64,000 nt of DNA. It comes from [Archangium] primigenium. Its GTDB lineage: Bacteria; Myxococcota; Myxococcia; Myxococcales; Myxococcaceae. Where the stretch lies: assembly GCF_016904885.1 (NCBI RefSeq), contig NZ_JADWYI010000001.1:7433224-7497223 (forward strand). Reading direction: 5' to 3'. Shown piece by piece: positions 47,494 through 57,634 of this stretch. Under the pieces are notes generated by a model that was not told where the DNA came from, did no database searches, and saw only the letters and a program-made list of their open reading frames with translations. The stretch's first letter is position 1; the number at the start of each line of letters is the position of its first letter. The position numbers and the translations under genes are program-made.

Positions 47494-49295
47494 CAGGCGT
47501 CTCCTCCGCGGTCGGCCACGTGGAAGCGCTGCACCGTGGCCTTCAAATCGCTCGCCAGCAGCGACAGATCCGTGTTCGCGGCCACCATCTGCTGCGTGGC
47601 CTCGGCGTTCTCCTCGGTGACGCGCAGGATGTCTCCCATGGCGGCGGCGAGTTGGTCCGTACCCGTCTGCTGCTGCTGGGTGGCCAGGGAGATGGAGCGC
47701 ACGGCATGGGACGTCTGCCGCGCCAGCTCGAGGATGAGCCCCAGGCTGGCGTCCACCTGCGCCGCGAGCGACGCGCCCCGCTCGGTCGTCTTGAGGCCCG
47801 CCTCGGTGGCCATCACCGCGGCCTGGGTGGCGTCGCGGATTTCGTCGATGAGCCGCTCGATGGCCAGGGTGGAGGACAGCACGTTCTCCGCGAGGCGCCG
47901 CATCTCCGCGGCCACCAGCGAGAAGCCCCGGCCGGGCTCGCCCGCCTTGGTGCCCTCCAGCTCGGCGTTGAGCGCGAGCAGGTCCGACTTGTCGGCGATC
48001 TCGTTGATGAACTCCACCACCTTGCCGATCTGCTGCACGCGCTTGTTGAGCCGCACCACCGCGTCGGCGATGGCCTGGTTGTCGCCCTTCATGCGGTGCA
48101 TGGCGGCGAGGAAGGCCGCCGCGCTGCGCTGGCCACTCTGCGCCGCGCCGAAGGTGGTCTCCGCCATGGCGGACACCGACTCGGCGTTGACGGCGATCTG
48201 CTGCGCCGAGCGCGCCAGCTCCTCGGTGGTGGCGCGCGTCTCGTTGAGGGAGATGGCCTGCTCGCCCGCGCCCGACTCCTGATCCGCCGAGGTGGCCACG
48301 AGCTGCTCGGTGGTGGAGGAGATCTGCAGGCCCGCGCGCTGCAATTGCACGAGCGCCTGGGCGAGCTGCGCCTGCATGCGCGTGAAGGCGGCCGACACGG
48401 CCCACACCTCGTCCTCGGCGGGGATGAAACGGGGCGTGCGCACCTCGCCCTGGGCGATGCGCGTGGCGTCCTCGGACAGCACCCGGAGGGGCTCGGCGAT
48501 CACCGTGCCCGCCACGTAGGCCGTGCCCATCACCAGGAGCACCACCAGCCCCGCGAGCGCGCCGAGCGGCAGGCCCGTGGCATGGCGCGCCCGGCGCACC
48601 ACCTCGCGCTGCGTGGTGGGATCCTTCGACTCGAGGATCTGATCGAAGGTGCTCACGGTGCGGCTCACCGACACGTCGAGGATGAAGACGGAGGGCGAGA
48701 GCACCGCCACCGCGGTGAACAACACCAGGCGCTTGCGCAGCCGCAGCCGGTCCGAGGGCAGCGCCGAGATGACCTCCTGGGGCGACAGGCCATTGGCCGC
48801 GATGCGCTCGGCGGCCAGTCGGCTGCGGCGCACCACCAGCAGGTACACGAGCATGGCGGACAGCGGTCCGAGCGACACGCCGACGAGCCCGATGCGCATG
48901 CCCAGGGTCCACGACGCGCCCGCCAGGGGCGTGTACGTGGCCGCCAGCATCAACGCGCCCCCCAGCCAGCCCTGCAGGGTGAACCAGAACGAGCGGCCGG
49001 GGACCCGCCGCACCTCCTGCAGCGCGCGCCGCAGGTTGTCCGGTCCGGGCGTCAGCCGCCCTTCCTCCAGCGCCCGCAGCACCCGCAGGGCGTGGCGCTC
49101 CTGGGCACAGGACAGCACGCTGTTCATCAGCAGCACGCTCGCGAGCAGGCCCAGGAACAGCCAGATGCCCTCGCGCGGCAGCGAGTGCGTGACGCGTCCG
49201 TAGAGCAGCGCCAGCACCAGCCCCAGCGTGCCCCCCCACCAGGAGGGCCGGGTGGTCCAGAGCGACAATCCCTCGAGTTCCCGCGACACCGTCAC
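47493..49295 (-). CDS. Methyl-accepting chemotaxis protein, second paralogue
   Basis: GTG start 49293-49295 with GGGAGG upstream, overlapping the CheW-like stop (GTGA). MCP tip ADKSDLLALNAELEGTKAGEPGRGFSLVAAEMRRLAE. The 713-aa track ORF carries a spurious N-terminal extension. Confidence 0.8.
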   Translation of the reverse strand: MTVSRELEGLSLWTTRPSWWGGTLGLVLALLYGRVTHSLPREGIWLFLGLLASVLLMNSVLSCAQERHALRVLRALEEGRLTPGPDNLRRALQEVRRVPGRSFWFTLQGWLGGALMLAATYTPLAGASWTLGMRIGLVGVSLGPLSAMLVYLLVVRRSRLAAERIAANGLSPQEVISALPSDRLRLRKRLVLFTAVAVLSPSVFILDVSVSRTVSTFDQILESKDPTTQREVVRRARHATGLPLGALAGLVVLLVMGTAYVAGTVIAEPLRVLSEDATRIAQGEVRTPRFIPAEDEVWAVSAAFTRMQAQLAQALVQLQRAGLQISSTTEQLVATSADQESGAGEQAISLNETRATTEELARSAQQIAVNAESVSAMAETTFGAAQSGQRSAAAFLAAMHRMKGDNQAIADAVVRLNKRVQQIGKVVEFINEIADKSDLLALNAELEGTKAGEPGRGFSLVAAEMRRLAENVLSSTLAIERLIDEIRDATQAAVMATEAGLKTTERGASLAAQVDASLGLILELARQTSHAVRSISLATQQQQTGTDQLAAAMGDILRVTEENAEATQQMVAANTDLSLLASDLKATVQRFHVADRGGDA

Positions 49296-49663
49296 GCGAC
49301 CTCCCGCGACGAGGGCGCCAAGAAGCGCCCGAATTCCACCAACGACATGACGGGCCAGAGCGCGCCGCGCACCTGGATGAAGCCCTTGAGGCTGCACCCG
49401 GCCAGCCGCGCGAGCACCACCGGCGCGGGCAGCAGCGCGCGCGGCTCGGCATCGATCTCCAGGGTGTCCACGCCCACGCCCTCCCCCGAGATCGCCACGA
49501 GGATGCGGCCGGTGACGGACGCCTCGCGGAAGGCGTGGCTGGCCGAGCCCGCCAGCCCACCGAACGTGGAGGGAGACTCGATGGTGGCCACCTCCTGCGC
49601 GACGAAGGCGACCCGATTGTCGCCCGCGCGGCACAAGAGCGTGCCCGAGAGCCGGCCGCTCAT
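49292..49663 (-). CDS. CheW-like coupling protein (second, divergent paralogue)
   Basis: 123 aa, CheW-domain-sized. Lies between cheW and the first MCP. Weaker conservation than the cheW-1 gene. Confidence 0.65.
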   Translation of the reverse strand: MSGRLSGTLLCRAGDNRVAFVAQEVATIESPSTFGGLAGSASHAFREASVTGRILVAISGEGVGVDTLEIDAEPRALLPAPVVLARLAGCSLKGFIQVRGALWPVMSLVEFGRFLAPSSREVA

Positions 49664-49666
49664 CCG

Positions 49667-50101
49667 TCAGTTCCCCTGACTGAGGTGATCGAACAGCCCC
49701 TCGGGGTCGATGACCGCCACGTCTCGCTGGGCACTGCGGGCGGGGCCGCGCAGGTGCAGGTGCACCCCGTTGGCGCCCAGGGGCTCGAGGCGTCCATCCA
49801 CCTGGGACACCCCCGCCACCCGGCTGGCCGTGAGCGCCAGGGTGCCGCGGCCCAGGCGCACCAGGACGGCCCGGCGGGTGGACTCACTCGCGCCGGACAC
49901 CAGCATGCTCATGTCCACGACCGGGATGACTTCTCCGCGGTGGGCGAACACGCCGAGCAGGTGGCCCGGCGCACCGGGCACCCGCGTCAATTCCGGGAAG
50001 CTGACGACTTCCGCCGCGCACTCAGCGGGCACGGCGTACCAGCTGCTTCCACAGGCGAACACCAGGTAGGACTGCCGAGTCTCGGTCTCGATGGAGGCCA
50101 T
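49667..50101 (-). CDS. cheW: Chemotaxis coupling protein CheW
   Basis: 144 aa. CheW fold pattern (YLVFACGSSWYAVP, VIPVVDMSMLV). Confidence 0.8.
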   Translation of the reverse strand: MASIETETRQSYLVFACGSSWYAVPAECAAEVVSFPELTRVPGAPGHLLGVFAHRGEVIPVVDMSMLVSGASESTRRAVLVRLGRGTLALTASRVAGVSQVDGRLEPLGANGVHLHLRGPARSAQRDVAVIDPEGLFDHLSQGN

Positions 50102-50128
50102 CGCGCGGCAGCCTACCTCAAAGACCGG

Positions 50129-50884
50129 CTAACGGTTGAATTCGACGCGACGGTTGGCCGCCCAGGCCTCTTCCGAGGAACCCTGCTCGAGCGGCCGGTT
50201 CTCGCCGTAGCCCACCGTCTTGAGCTGGTTGGCCGGGATTCCCAGGTCCACCAGGTACTTCTTCACCGAGGCGGCGCGCTTCTGGGACAGCTGGAGGTTG
50301 TACTCCTCGGTGCCCCGCTCGTCCGCATGCCCGGCGAGCTCGATGCGGCCCGAACCGGCGCCCTTGATGCACTGGGCGAGATCCGACAGACGGCTCTGGG
50401 CCTCGGAGGACAGGGTGGCCTCGTTGAAGCCGAAGCGCAGCGGCTCCCAGCTGCACTCGGACTTGGTGGCGGCGGCCACGCACTTGTTCTGCTGGCACTC
50501 CTGGCCCCCGGCGCAGTCGGCGCTGTCGTTGCAGGAGCCCGGCGGCAGCACGCAGCGGCCCTTCTGGCACTCCTGGGCCCCCGCGCACTGGCTCTTGGAG
50601 GTGCACTGCGGCGCGGCGCACTTGCCGCCCTGGCAGATCTGCCCGCCCGTGCACTGCTCATCCCGCGAGCACTCCGGCCCCTTGGGCACGCACTTGTTGC
50701 CCTGGCACGCGAAGCCTTCCTTGCAGTTGGCGTCGGTGGCGCACTCCTGGCACGACCCGTTGACGCAGACCTCGCCCTTCTCCTGGCAGGTCTCGTCGCT
50801 CTTGCAGTTGGGGTAGGTCGGCGGGCAGCCGGCGAGCACCGCAACAGCGAGGGCGAGCCCCGCGACCATCGAGATCCGACGCAT
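50129..50884 (-). CDS. OmpA/MotB-domain peptidoglycan-associated lipoprotein (Pal-like) with an N-terminal Cys-rich repeat module
   Basis: Start MRRISMVAGLALAVAVLAGC (lipoprotein) with GGAGG ribosome-binding site. About eight C-x5-8-C repeats (CQEKGEVCVNGSCQEC..., CTGGQICQGGKC...). C-terminal OmpA-like motifs NLQLSQKRAASV, NRRVEF. Confidence 0.75.
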   Translation of the reverse strand: MRRISMVAGLALAVAVLAGCPPTYPNCKSDETCQEKGEVCVNGSCQECATDANCKEGFACQGNKCVPKGPECSRDEQCTGGQICQGGKCAAPQCTSKSQCAGAQECQKGRCVLPPGSCNDSADCAGGQECQQNKCVAAATKSECSWEPLRFGFNEATLSSEAQSRLSDLAQCIKGAGSGRIELAGHADERGTEEYNLQLSQKRAASVKKYLVDLGIPANQLKTVGYGENRPLEQGSSEEAWAANRRVEFNR

Positions 50885-50999
50885 TGGTCCTCCAGCGAAA
50901 TTGATCATGAAAACGAGTAGCTCAGCGCGTCCGCCTCTAGCCCGCCATGCAACGCGGAGTCAAAGCCTTTTGTCCCCCCCCAGGCCTCGTGCCCGCGCC

Positions 51000-51374
51000 T
51001 TAACGGGCGCGACATTCGCCCCCTTCCCACCGCAACCGGGGCACCCGTGTCAGTCCACAGTTGGACGCTTGTGATTCCTCTCGTTGCCAGGCCCGCTCGG
51101 CCTCCTCGAGCGCCTCGAGCCGGGCCTTCAGCGCGGCCCCGTCCGTCGTCCGGGAACAGTAGGCGACATGGGTCCTGGGTCCTCCACAGGACTTGAGCCC
51201 GAGTCCCACCAGCTCGCACTCCTCCACCTTCTCGCACCCCTTGGGATTGGCGAGCGCGCGCGCCTCGCGCTCGAGCCGTTCCACCCGCTGCTTGCCCGCG
51301 GAGCCCGTGGCCCCCGCGAGGCTCCCGCCCAGCAGGACGAGCCCCACCCACCCCACGCTCCGCCACCGCATCGC
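51000..51374 (-). CDS. Hypothetical small secreted Cys-containing protein
   Basis: Start MRWRSVGWVGLVLLGGSLAGA (signal peptide). GC3-consistent frame. No recognisable family. Confidence 0.4.
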   Translation of the reverse strand, partial: AMRWRSVGWVGLVLLGGSLAGATGSAGKQRVERLEREARALANPKGCEKVEECELVGLGLKSCGGPRTHVAYCSRTTDGAALKARLEALEEAERAWQREESQASNCGLTRVPRLRWEGGECRAR

Positions 51375-51518
51375 GCACCTCCCGGCGTTCGGGACACGCG
51401 CCCCAAACGACGAACGCGCTGGTGGGGAGATCCCACCAGCGCGTTCAAGCTTCAACAGACCTGGGAAGAGGTCAACCCGGTGGAGCGCTCAGCTCCACCC
51501 GGTCACTCTCCCGCCGTC

Positions 51519-54500
51519 TCAGGCGGCCATGCGGCGGCGGCGCGAGACGACGTAGCCGACGACGAACAGGCCGAGGTAGACGCTGGCGTCAGCGCCCGAG
51601 GCGGCGCTGCAGCCACCACCGGCGGGGCCCGCGGGGCCCTGGGCACCGGTGTCGCCCTTGTCGCCCTTCTCGCCAGGAGCGCCCGCGTCGCCCGTGTCGC
51701 CCTTCTCGCCAGGGGCACCAGGAGCGCCCGTGTCGCCCTTGTCGCCCTTCTCGCCAGGGGCACCAGGAGCGCCGGTGTCACCCTTGTCGCCCTTGTCGCC
51801 CTTCTCGCCAGGGGTGCCAGGAGCACCGGTGTCACCCTTGTCGCCCTTGTCACCCTTGTCGCCCTTGTCGCCCTTGTCGCCCTTGTCACCACCGCCCGTG
51901 GAGCCGATGGAGAAGGCGGCGGAGGTGGCGGAGGTCAGGCCGGACGAGGCGGCCACGAGCGTGTAGCCCGAGCCCGACTTGTCGATGGACAGACCGGTGA
52001 AGGTCGCCACGCCATCGACGGCGGTGGCCGTCGTGGTGCCCGACAGGATGGCGCCCGCGGCATTGCCGAGCGTCAGCGTGATGGAGGGCGTCGCGCCAGT
52101 GATGGTGTTGCCGAAGGCATCCTGCGCGGCCACGCTCACCGAGAACGTCGCACCCGGGGCCGTGCCGGCCGGAGGCGTGGTGAGGAAGACGAGCTTGGAG
52201 ACCGCACCGGCCGTCACGTTGAAGCCGACGCTCGTGTCCAGACGCGTACCGCTCGCGCCCGCCACCAGGGTGAAGTTGACGCCAGCGCGGTTGACGCGCA
52301 GGGCGCTGAAGGTGGCCACACCGTTCACCGCGTTCACGGTGGTGGTGCCGCTCAGGGTCGCGCCCGCCTCGTTGTAGCCGAGGGAGACGGTCACCGGGGC
52401 GTTGGACTGGGTCGCCAGGTTGCCGAACTGGTCATACAGGGTGACCTCGACCGCCGGGGTGATGATGGCGCCCGCCGCCGTATTGGACGGCTGCTTCGTG
52501 ATGGCCGAGCGGTAGATGGCCGCCGCGGTCACGTTGAAGGTGGTGCTCGCCGCGCCCGTGAGGGTGCCGGAGCTCGCCGCCAGCTTGTAGCCCGTGCCCA
52601 CCTTGGTGGCCGTCAGGTCGGAGAAGGTCGCCACGCCGTCCACCGCCGCCACCGTGAGGGTGCCGGTGATGCCGCCCGTGGGGCCCGCCGTCTGGGCCAG
52701 CGTGACGTTGGCCGTGGAGGCCGTCTGCACGTTGTCGAAGCTGTCCAGGACCGCCACGCGCACCGCCGGCGTCACCACACCCGCCGCGGTCGTCGCCGGG
52801 GGCTGGGTGAGGAAGGCGAGCTTGCTGGCCGCCGCCGCCGAGATGGTGAAGCTGGAGCTGGTGCCCTCGTCCAGACCGGACACGGTCGCCTTCAGGGTGT
52901 AGCCCACGCCCGTCTTGTTCAGGGACAGGTTGGTGAAGGTCGCCACACCGGAGGAGGTGGTCGCCGTGGTCGTGCCGGACAGCGTCGCGCCACCCGGGTT
53001 GTTCGCCAGGGACAGCGTGACGGTGTAGGAGCCCGTGGTCACCGTGGCACCGCTCGCGTCCTGGATGGCGACGCGCACCGTGCCGAGCGAGGCGCCCGCC
53101 GCGGCGTTGGCCGGCTGACCGGTGAAGCCCACCTTGGACGCCGAGGTCACCAGGGTGCTGGCGCTGGCGGTGATGCTGCCGCCCGTGGCCGTGATGGACT
53201 GGGTGCCCAGCGTGCCGAAGGTCACCGAGAGGCCGTTGGCCACACCCGCCGTGAACGTCGCGGCGGAGGGAGCGAACGTGGCCGCCGGGTCGGAGCTGGT
53301 GAGCGCCGCCGTGCCGGAGTAGCCCGTGGCGATCTGGCCCACGTTGTCATACGCCGTCAGGGAGAAGGCGATGGGCTGCGAGACGCGCGAGGCGGCCGGC
53401 AGACCCGTCAGGCGGTAGGACACCGCCGCGCCCGCGGGAGGCGTGTTCGTGGTGCAGGCGTTCGCCGAGTCCGACGTGATGCGCACGTCGTCCACGTACA
53501 TGCCCTCGGCCACGGTGATGGAGTCGGAGTAGAAGCGGAAGCCGAACCACACCTTCTGGCCGTTGAGCGCGCTCAGGTTGACCGTCACCGCCTTGAGCGA
53601 GCCGTTGGCGCCGCTGTTGGTGCTGGTCCAGATGCGCGTCGTGGGGGTGCTCTGCAGCGTGTTGTCGTAGCCGCCCGCGGTGATGTACGGGGCGCCCGCG
53701 GTCACCGCGTCGTTGACGTTGATCCAGGGGCCCGTGGCGCCCGTGGTGCTGTAGACCAGCCAGGCGCCGTCATACCGGGCCTCGAAGGCGTACCACAGGT
53801 TGAACGACATCGAGGGCGAGCCATCCGCGCTGAAGACGTTGAAGCCGTTGATGCTCGGGGACACGGTGCCGTCGCCGCCCAGCGCCAGGGTCAGGTTCTG
53901 GCTGTTGGCGTAGGAGCCCGCGCACTCGGTGTTCGTCGCGCCGAAGCGGTAGGCGTTCGTCGCCGACTGGTAGTGGCAACCCGACACGATGTTCAGCGCC
54001 GTGACGGAGCCGGCCGTGGCCGACGGGGTCCAGTACGCCGAGGCGTTGGCCGGACGGCTGCCATCGAAGTTGTCGAAGAACGTGGCGCCGCCCGAGATGA
54101 TCGAGCCCGTGGGGGTGGCCGAGCGCTGCACCGTGTTCTTGTCCTCGTTCGTCGCGGAGCTCACCTCGGTGGCACGCACCACGTAGAAGTAGGGCGAGTT
54201 GCTGGTGAGGTTCAGGTTGTCCGAGAACGTCGTGCCGGTGATGCCGGTGGCGATCCGGTTGGCCGCGGAGGGCGTGAAGCCCGCCGTGGTGGAGCGGTAG
54301 ACCGAGTAGGTCAGCGAGCCGCCGCAGGCCGCCTGGGCCGCGGACCACGACAGGGTCGTGGAGCAGGTGCTGGCCGCCGCGTTGCTGGCCGAGGTCAGAC
54401 CCTCGAACGTCGGGGCATCCTTGCACACGCCGGTCGCGGTGGCGGAGGCCTCGTTGGAGTTCGGGGACTCGGCGCACAGCACGCCGCGCACCACGTAGTA

Positions 54501-57179
54501 GTAGGTGCCGCCACCGGAAACCTCGGTGTCCACGAAGGGCGAGGTCACCGCCGTACCCACGCGGGTGTACGGGCCACCGGCCGTCTTGGAGCGGTAGATG
54601 TTGTAGGAGGACGCGCCGTTCTCCGTGAAGCTCACGGCGATCCGGTTGTCACCCGCCACGACGGCCGACACGCCCGTGGGGGAGGCCGGGGCCGTGTTGC
54701 AGGCGTTGTAGACCACCAGCGCGAAGTCCTGGTCGAGCGCCGTGCTGTTGTTGGGCACGCCGTCCGAGTTGATGTTCGTCGCCGTCACCGTCACGGTGAA
54801 GGGACCGGACACGCCCGCGGGCAGGTACACGCTCTCCACGTTGTTCATCAGGTCAGCCGAGCCACCGGACGTGGAGACGTCCTTGGTGAACACGTTGCCC
54901 TTGTACGTGGTGGTGCCCACCGTCACGGTGAGGTCCAGGTTGTTCTTGTAGGCCGCGCCCGACGTCGCACCCGGCGCGTCCGTCCACGCCAGCGTCACGC
55001 GGAAGGGCTTGGTGGAGTCGGAGATGGAGCCCGCGAAGGTGCGGGTCTGGCCGGTCGCGGTGAACAGGCTGGTCGTCGCCTGGTCCTCGAGCTTGCGCGG
55101 GGTGCCGTCGAACGCCATCCCCAGGTCCATCAAGCCCATGCCCTGGCTGTTGGAGTAGAGGTTGTCGTTGGCGCCCACGCCCGTGAGGTAGCGCGCCGAG
55201 TTCATCAGGTACGCCTTGGTCATCGCCGGGCTCGGCGCCGCCATGCCCTGGTTGATGAAGTACTGGCGCACGAGGGCCGCACCGCCCGCGACCGCGGGGG
55301 TCGAGTGGCTCGTGCCCGAGGAGGCCGAGTACCACTGCTGGGTGGTGGGGAAGAAGTTGCTGCCGCTCGGACCACCGCACACACCCGAGCCGTCGAAGCA
55401 CGAGAGCGCGGAGCCAAGGGCCGCGGCGGGCGGCTCGGCCTTCTGGCCGGCCGTCTGGGCCACGCCGCCGGTCACGTGCGTGCCGGGGGCCACGATGTCC
55501 GGCTTCTTGCGGCCGTCGGACGTGGGGCCGCGGCTGGAGAAGCTGATGATGTCGTTGAGGTTGTCCGCGCCCGTGTCGGCGATGGCGCAGTTGTCCGCGC
55601 CGCCGAACGGATGCACGTTCTCCGACGCACCCACCGTGATGACGTTCTTGGCCGTGGAGGGGCTGCCCACGGTGTTCGCCCCGGAGCCGGAGTTGCCGGC
55701 CGCGAAGGCGATGACCATCTCCTGGTTGCCGTCGGCGGGCACCGCCGCGGTGGACGGCTGCGCGTCACGCACCAGGCCGTCGTACGTCTGCGAGTCGGCG
55801 GTGTACGCGTTGCTGGTGGAGCCCCAGCTGTTGCTGCTGATGCGGATGTTGTCGCGGTAGCCGCGCGACAGCATGTTCGGGTAGTTGGGGCGCGTGAAGG
55901 TGCCCGGGTCGAACACGACCGAGGAGCCGAGCTTCACGAAGGGCGCCACACCCAGGCCGTACGAGTAGCCGGCCGCGTCCGTGTAGGGCGCGCCCGACTT
56001 GGTGTTGAAGCCACCGACGATGTGGCTGTTGAGCGTACCGTGGCCGTCGCAGCCCTGGATGGTGCTGCTGGCGTTGGGCGTGCCTTCCAGACGGTTGAAG
56101 ATCACGCGGCTCTGGCCGTTGATGTCGCCAGCGACGTACAGACCGAAGTGGTTGGGCGTCGGGGTGCCGTTGTCCAGGCCGCTGTCCGTCACGTCCACGC
56201 CGAAGCCGGACGTCGAGAACTGCTCCTGGGTGAAGCCCTTGGAGGCCAGCCACGCGAGGTAGCCCGGACCCGAGGGACCGTTGCCGGTGATGGCGCCGGA
56301 GATGATGCGGTTCTGCCGCTCATCCAGCTTGACCGGCACGACGTACGGCTGCACGGACACGACGTCCGGACGCTGCACGATCTGGTCGAGCGCGTCGCGG
56401 TTCACCGCGGCCTTGATGTTCACGTAGCCCAGCGCGCGCTCGGACACGTTCTCGCGCGACTGCAGCTTGGCGATGAGCGCCAGCGTGGCCGCGTTCGTCT
56501 CGGAGTCCTCCACCAGCTGGATGGAGTACTCGGCCACGACGGCCTTGTTCACGGACGGGTCCAGCTTGTAGTCCGGCAGGTACTCGCCGTCCCACTGGAT
56601 GGACTTGGCCGAGGACATGTGGTTCTGCAGCCGCTGGAGCGACGCCGAATCACCGTACACGAGGTAGGTGTTGTTCGGGATGTACGTCACGACCCGGACA
56701 CCGGTCTCCTCGAGCGCCTTGTACCACTCGGGGCGCACGGGACCGGAGAACTGCACCAGGTGCATGCTCTTGCCCGAGGACGTCTTGCGGATGCCCCGCA
56801 TCGACTGCGCGCGCTCGGACGCGGTGTCGATCGTGCCGGCGTTGAGCAGGATGTTGTTGTAGTCGTCGCGCAGCTCCACGCCCGCCTCGGCGGGAAGCGT
56901 GGACAGCACGGACTCTTCCAGGTGCATCAGCTTGAAGGAGCCGTAGTCCGCCAGGACCTTGGCGCCCCGCTTCTCCAGCTCGGCGGCCTGCTGCGCGTTG
57001 ACCTGCACCTTGTGCAGGACCGCGCTCGCGCGCACACCCTCTCCTCCGGACCGCGCCTGCGCCGACGTCTCCGGCGAGTTGCCGCACGCCAGTGCGGTCG
57101 CGAGCCACGCTACTCCAAGCACTCTCGCGGGGACGCCGCGAGCGCGCATACCGGTCGTCCGGTACGCTGATTGCGCCAT
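51519..57179 (-). CDS. Giant (~1886 aa) cell-surface protein: N-terminal subtilisin-like S8 peptidase, fibronectin-III-like, ~8 Ig-like (Big) repeats, collagen-like Gly-X-Y region, and MYXO-CTERM sorting tail
   Basis: Start [16 protein letters not shown]...ALACG. S8 His block [14 protein letters not shown] and Ser block [16 protein letters not shown]. Repeated ~95-aa units (…GVATFT/FS…GYTL/GYKL…). (GDKGDK)n / GAPGEKGD collagen triplets. C-terminal [33 protein letters not shown] (MYXO-CTERM). Confidence 0.85.
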   Translation of the reverse strand: MAQSAYRTTGMRARGVPARVLGVAWLATALACGNSPETSAQARSGGEGVRASAVLHKVQVNAQQAAELEKRGAKVLADYGSFKLMHLEESVLSTLPAEAGVELRDDYNNILLNAGTIDTASERAQSMRGIRKTSSGKSMHLVQFSGPVRPEWYKALEETGVRVVTYIPNNTYLVYGDSASLQRLQNHMSSAKSIQWDGEYLPDYKLDPSVNKAVVAEYSIQLVEDSETNAATLALIAKLQSRENVSERALGYVNIKAAVNRDALDQIVQRPDVVSVQPYVVPVKLDERQNRIISGAITGNGPSGPGYLAWLASKGFTQEQFSTSGFGVDVTDSGLDNGTPTPNHFGLYVAGDINGQSRVIFNRLEGTPNASSTIQGCDGHGTLNSHIVGGFNTKSGAPYTDAAGYSYGLGVAPFVKLGSSVVFDPGTFTRPNYPNMLSRGYRDNIRISSNSWGSTSNAYTADSQTYDGLVRDAQPSTAAVPADGNQEMVIAFAAGNSGSGANTVGSPSTAKNVITVGASENVHPFGGADNCAIADTGADNLNDIISFSSRGPTSDGRKKPDIVAPGTHVTGGVAQTAGQKAEPPAAALGSALSCFDGSGVCGGPSGSNFFPTTQQWYSASSGTSHSTPAVAGGAALVRQYFINQGMAAPSPAMTKAYLMNSARYLTGVGANDNLYSNSQGMGLMDLGMAFDGTPRKLEDQATTSLFTATGQTRTFAGSISDSTKPFRVTLAWTDAPGATSGAAYKNNLDLTVTVGTTTYKGNVFTKDVSTSGGSADLMNNVESVYLPAGVSGPFTVTVTATNINSDGVPNNSTALDQDFALVVYNACNTAPASPTGVSAVVAGDNRIAVSFTENGASSYNIYRSKTAGGPYTRVGTAVTSPFVDTEVSGGGTYYYVVRGVLCAESPNSNEASATATGVCKDAPTFEGLTSASNAAASTCSTTLSWSAAQAACGGSLTYSVYRSTTAGFTPSAANRIATGITGTTFSDNLNLTSNSPYFYVVRATEVSSATNEDKNTVQRSATPTGSIISGGATFFDNFDGSRPANASAYWTPSATAGSVTALNIVSGCHYQSATNAYRFGATNTECAGSYANSQNLTLALGGDGTVSPSINGFNVFSADGSPSMSFNLWYAFEARYDGAWLVYSTTGATGPWINVNDAVTAGAPYITAGGYDNTLQSTPTTRIWTSTNSGANGSLKAVTVNLSALNGQKVWFGFRFYSDSITVAEGMYVDDVRITSDSANACTTNTPPAGAAVSYRLTGLPAASRVSQPIAFSLTAYDNVGQIATGYSGTAALTSSDPAATFAPSAATFTAGVANGLSVTFGTLGTQSITATGGSITASASTLVTSASKVGFTGQPANAAAGASLGTVRVAIQDASGATVTTGSYTVTLSLANNPGGATLSGTTTATTSSGVATFTNLSLNKTGVGYTLKATVSGLDEGTSSSFTISAAAASKLAFLTQPPATTAAGVVTPAVRVAVLDSFDNVQTASTANVTLAQTAGPTGGITGTLTVAAVDGVATFSDLTATKVGTGYKLAASSGTLTGAASTTFNVTAAAIYRSAITKQPSNTAAGAIITPAVEVTLYDQFGNLATQSNAPVTVSLGYNEAGATLSGTTTVNAVNGVATFSALRVNRAGVNFTLVAGASGTRLDTSVGFNVTAGAVSKLVFLTTPPAGTAPGATFSVSVAAQDAFGNTITGATPSITLTLGNAAGAILSGTTTATAVDGVATFTGLSIDKSGSGYTLVAASSGLTSATSAAFSIGSTGGGDKGDKGDKGDKGDKGDKGDTGAPGTPGEKGDKGDKGDTGAPGAPGEKGDKGDTGAPGAPGEKGDTGDAGAPGEKGDKGDTGAQGPAGPAGGGCSAASGADASVYLGLFVVGYVVSRRRRMAA
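51625..51905 (-). repeat. Coding 9-bp tandem repeat array (gtcgcccttgtcgcccttctcgcc...) encoding the collagen-like GDK/GEK/GAP triple-helix region of the giant protein
   Basis: About 30 near-perfect Gly-X-Y codon triplets at the DNA level. Coding, not a CRISPR array: no spacers, and in frame within the CDS. Confidence 0.75.
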
Positions 57180-57634
57180 GATCTTCTTGCCCCTTGATAC
57201 GGGCGAGAGCCCTTGGGTTCGGGTCCCCGCCCGGATGAATGCCAGCGGTGGTTGCGCCTGGTCCGTTCCCCCCAGAACTGCGGGAGTCCATCCCTCACGA
57301 TTGTCCGCCGGAGCGTGCCAGATATCACGGAGTAGCAAAGACTGACAAGCAGCCGACAAAATCAGGGATTCTTCTTTCGTCTCAGCTGTCTTGGCTTTTG
57401 AGAATCCTGGCCGCTTGCTCTGGAATGGTGCACCACACCCGGGTGGCTTTCCCCGTAAATTCCGGGAAGACAGGCATTGGTTGTCTTTAAACCAGGAGTT
57501 CTGGTTTCACGTGCTTGCACGTGTCTTCAAGACAGAGCCGGGGCGAAATGCCCCGAATCCTTGATCATCCCGCGCGTTTCCGAGACGGTGGGGCTCCGCG
57601 CCACTTCCGGGCGCGCCCCCGAGGTGCCGCCGAC

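Noticed and set aside
51625-51905. Tandem 9-bp repeats as a possible CRISPR or minisatellite
   Set aside because: The repeats are in frame and encode Gly-X-Y collagen triplets of the giant protein. There are no spacers and no cas genes.
57305-57330. TGGCACG hexamer (minus-strand orientation) as a sigma-54 -24 element upstream of the giant protein gene
   Set aside because: No TTGC/GC -12 element at the required spacing (the following sequence is ctccGGCG). It does not fit GG-N10-GC.
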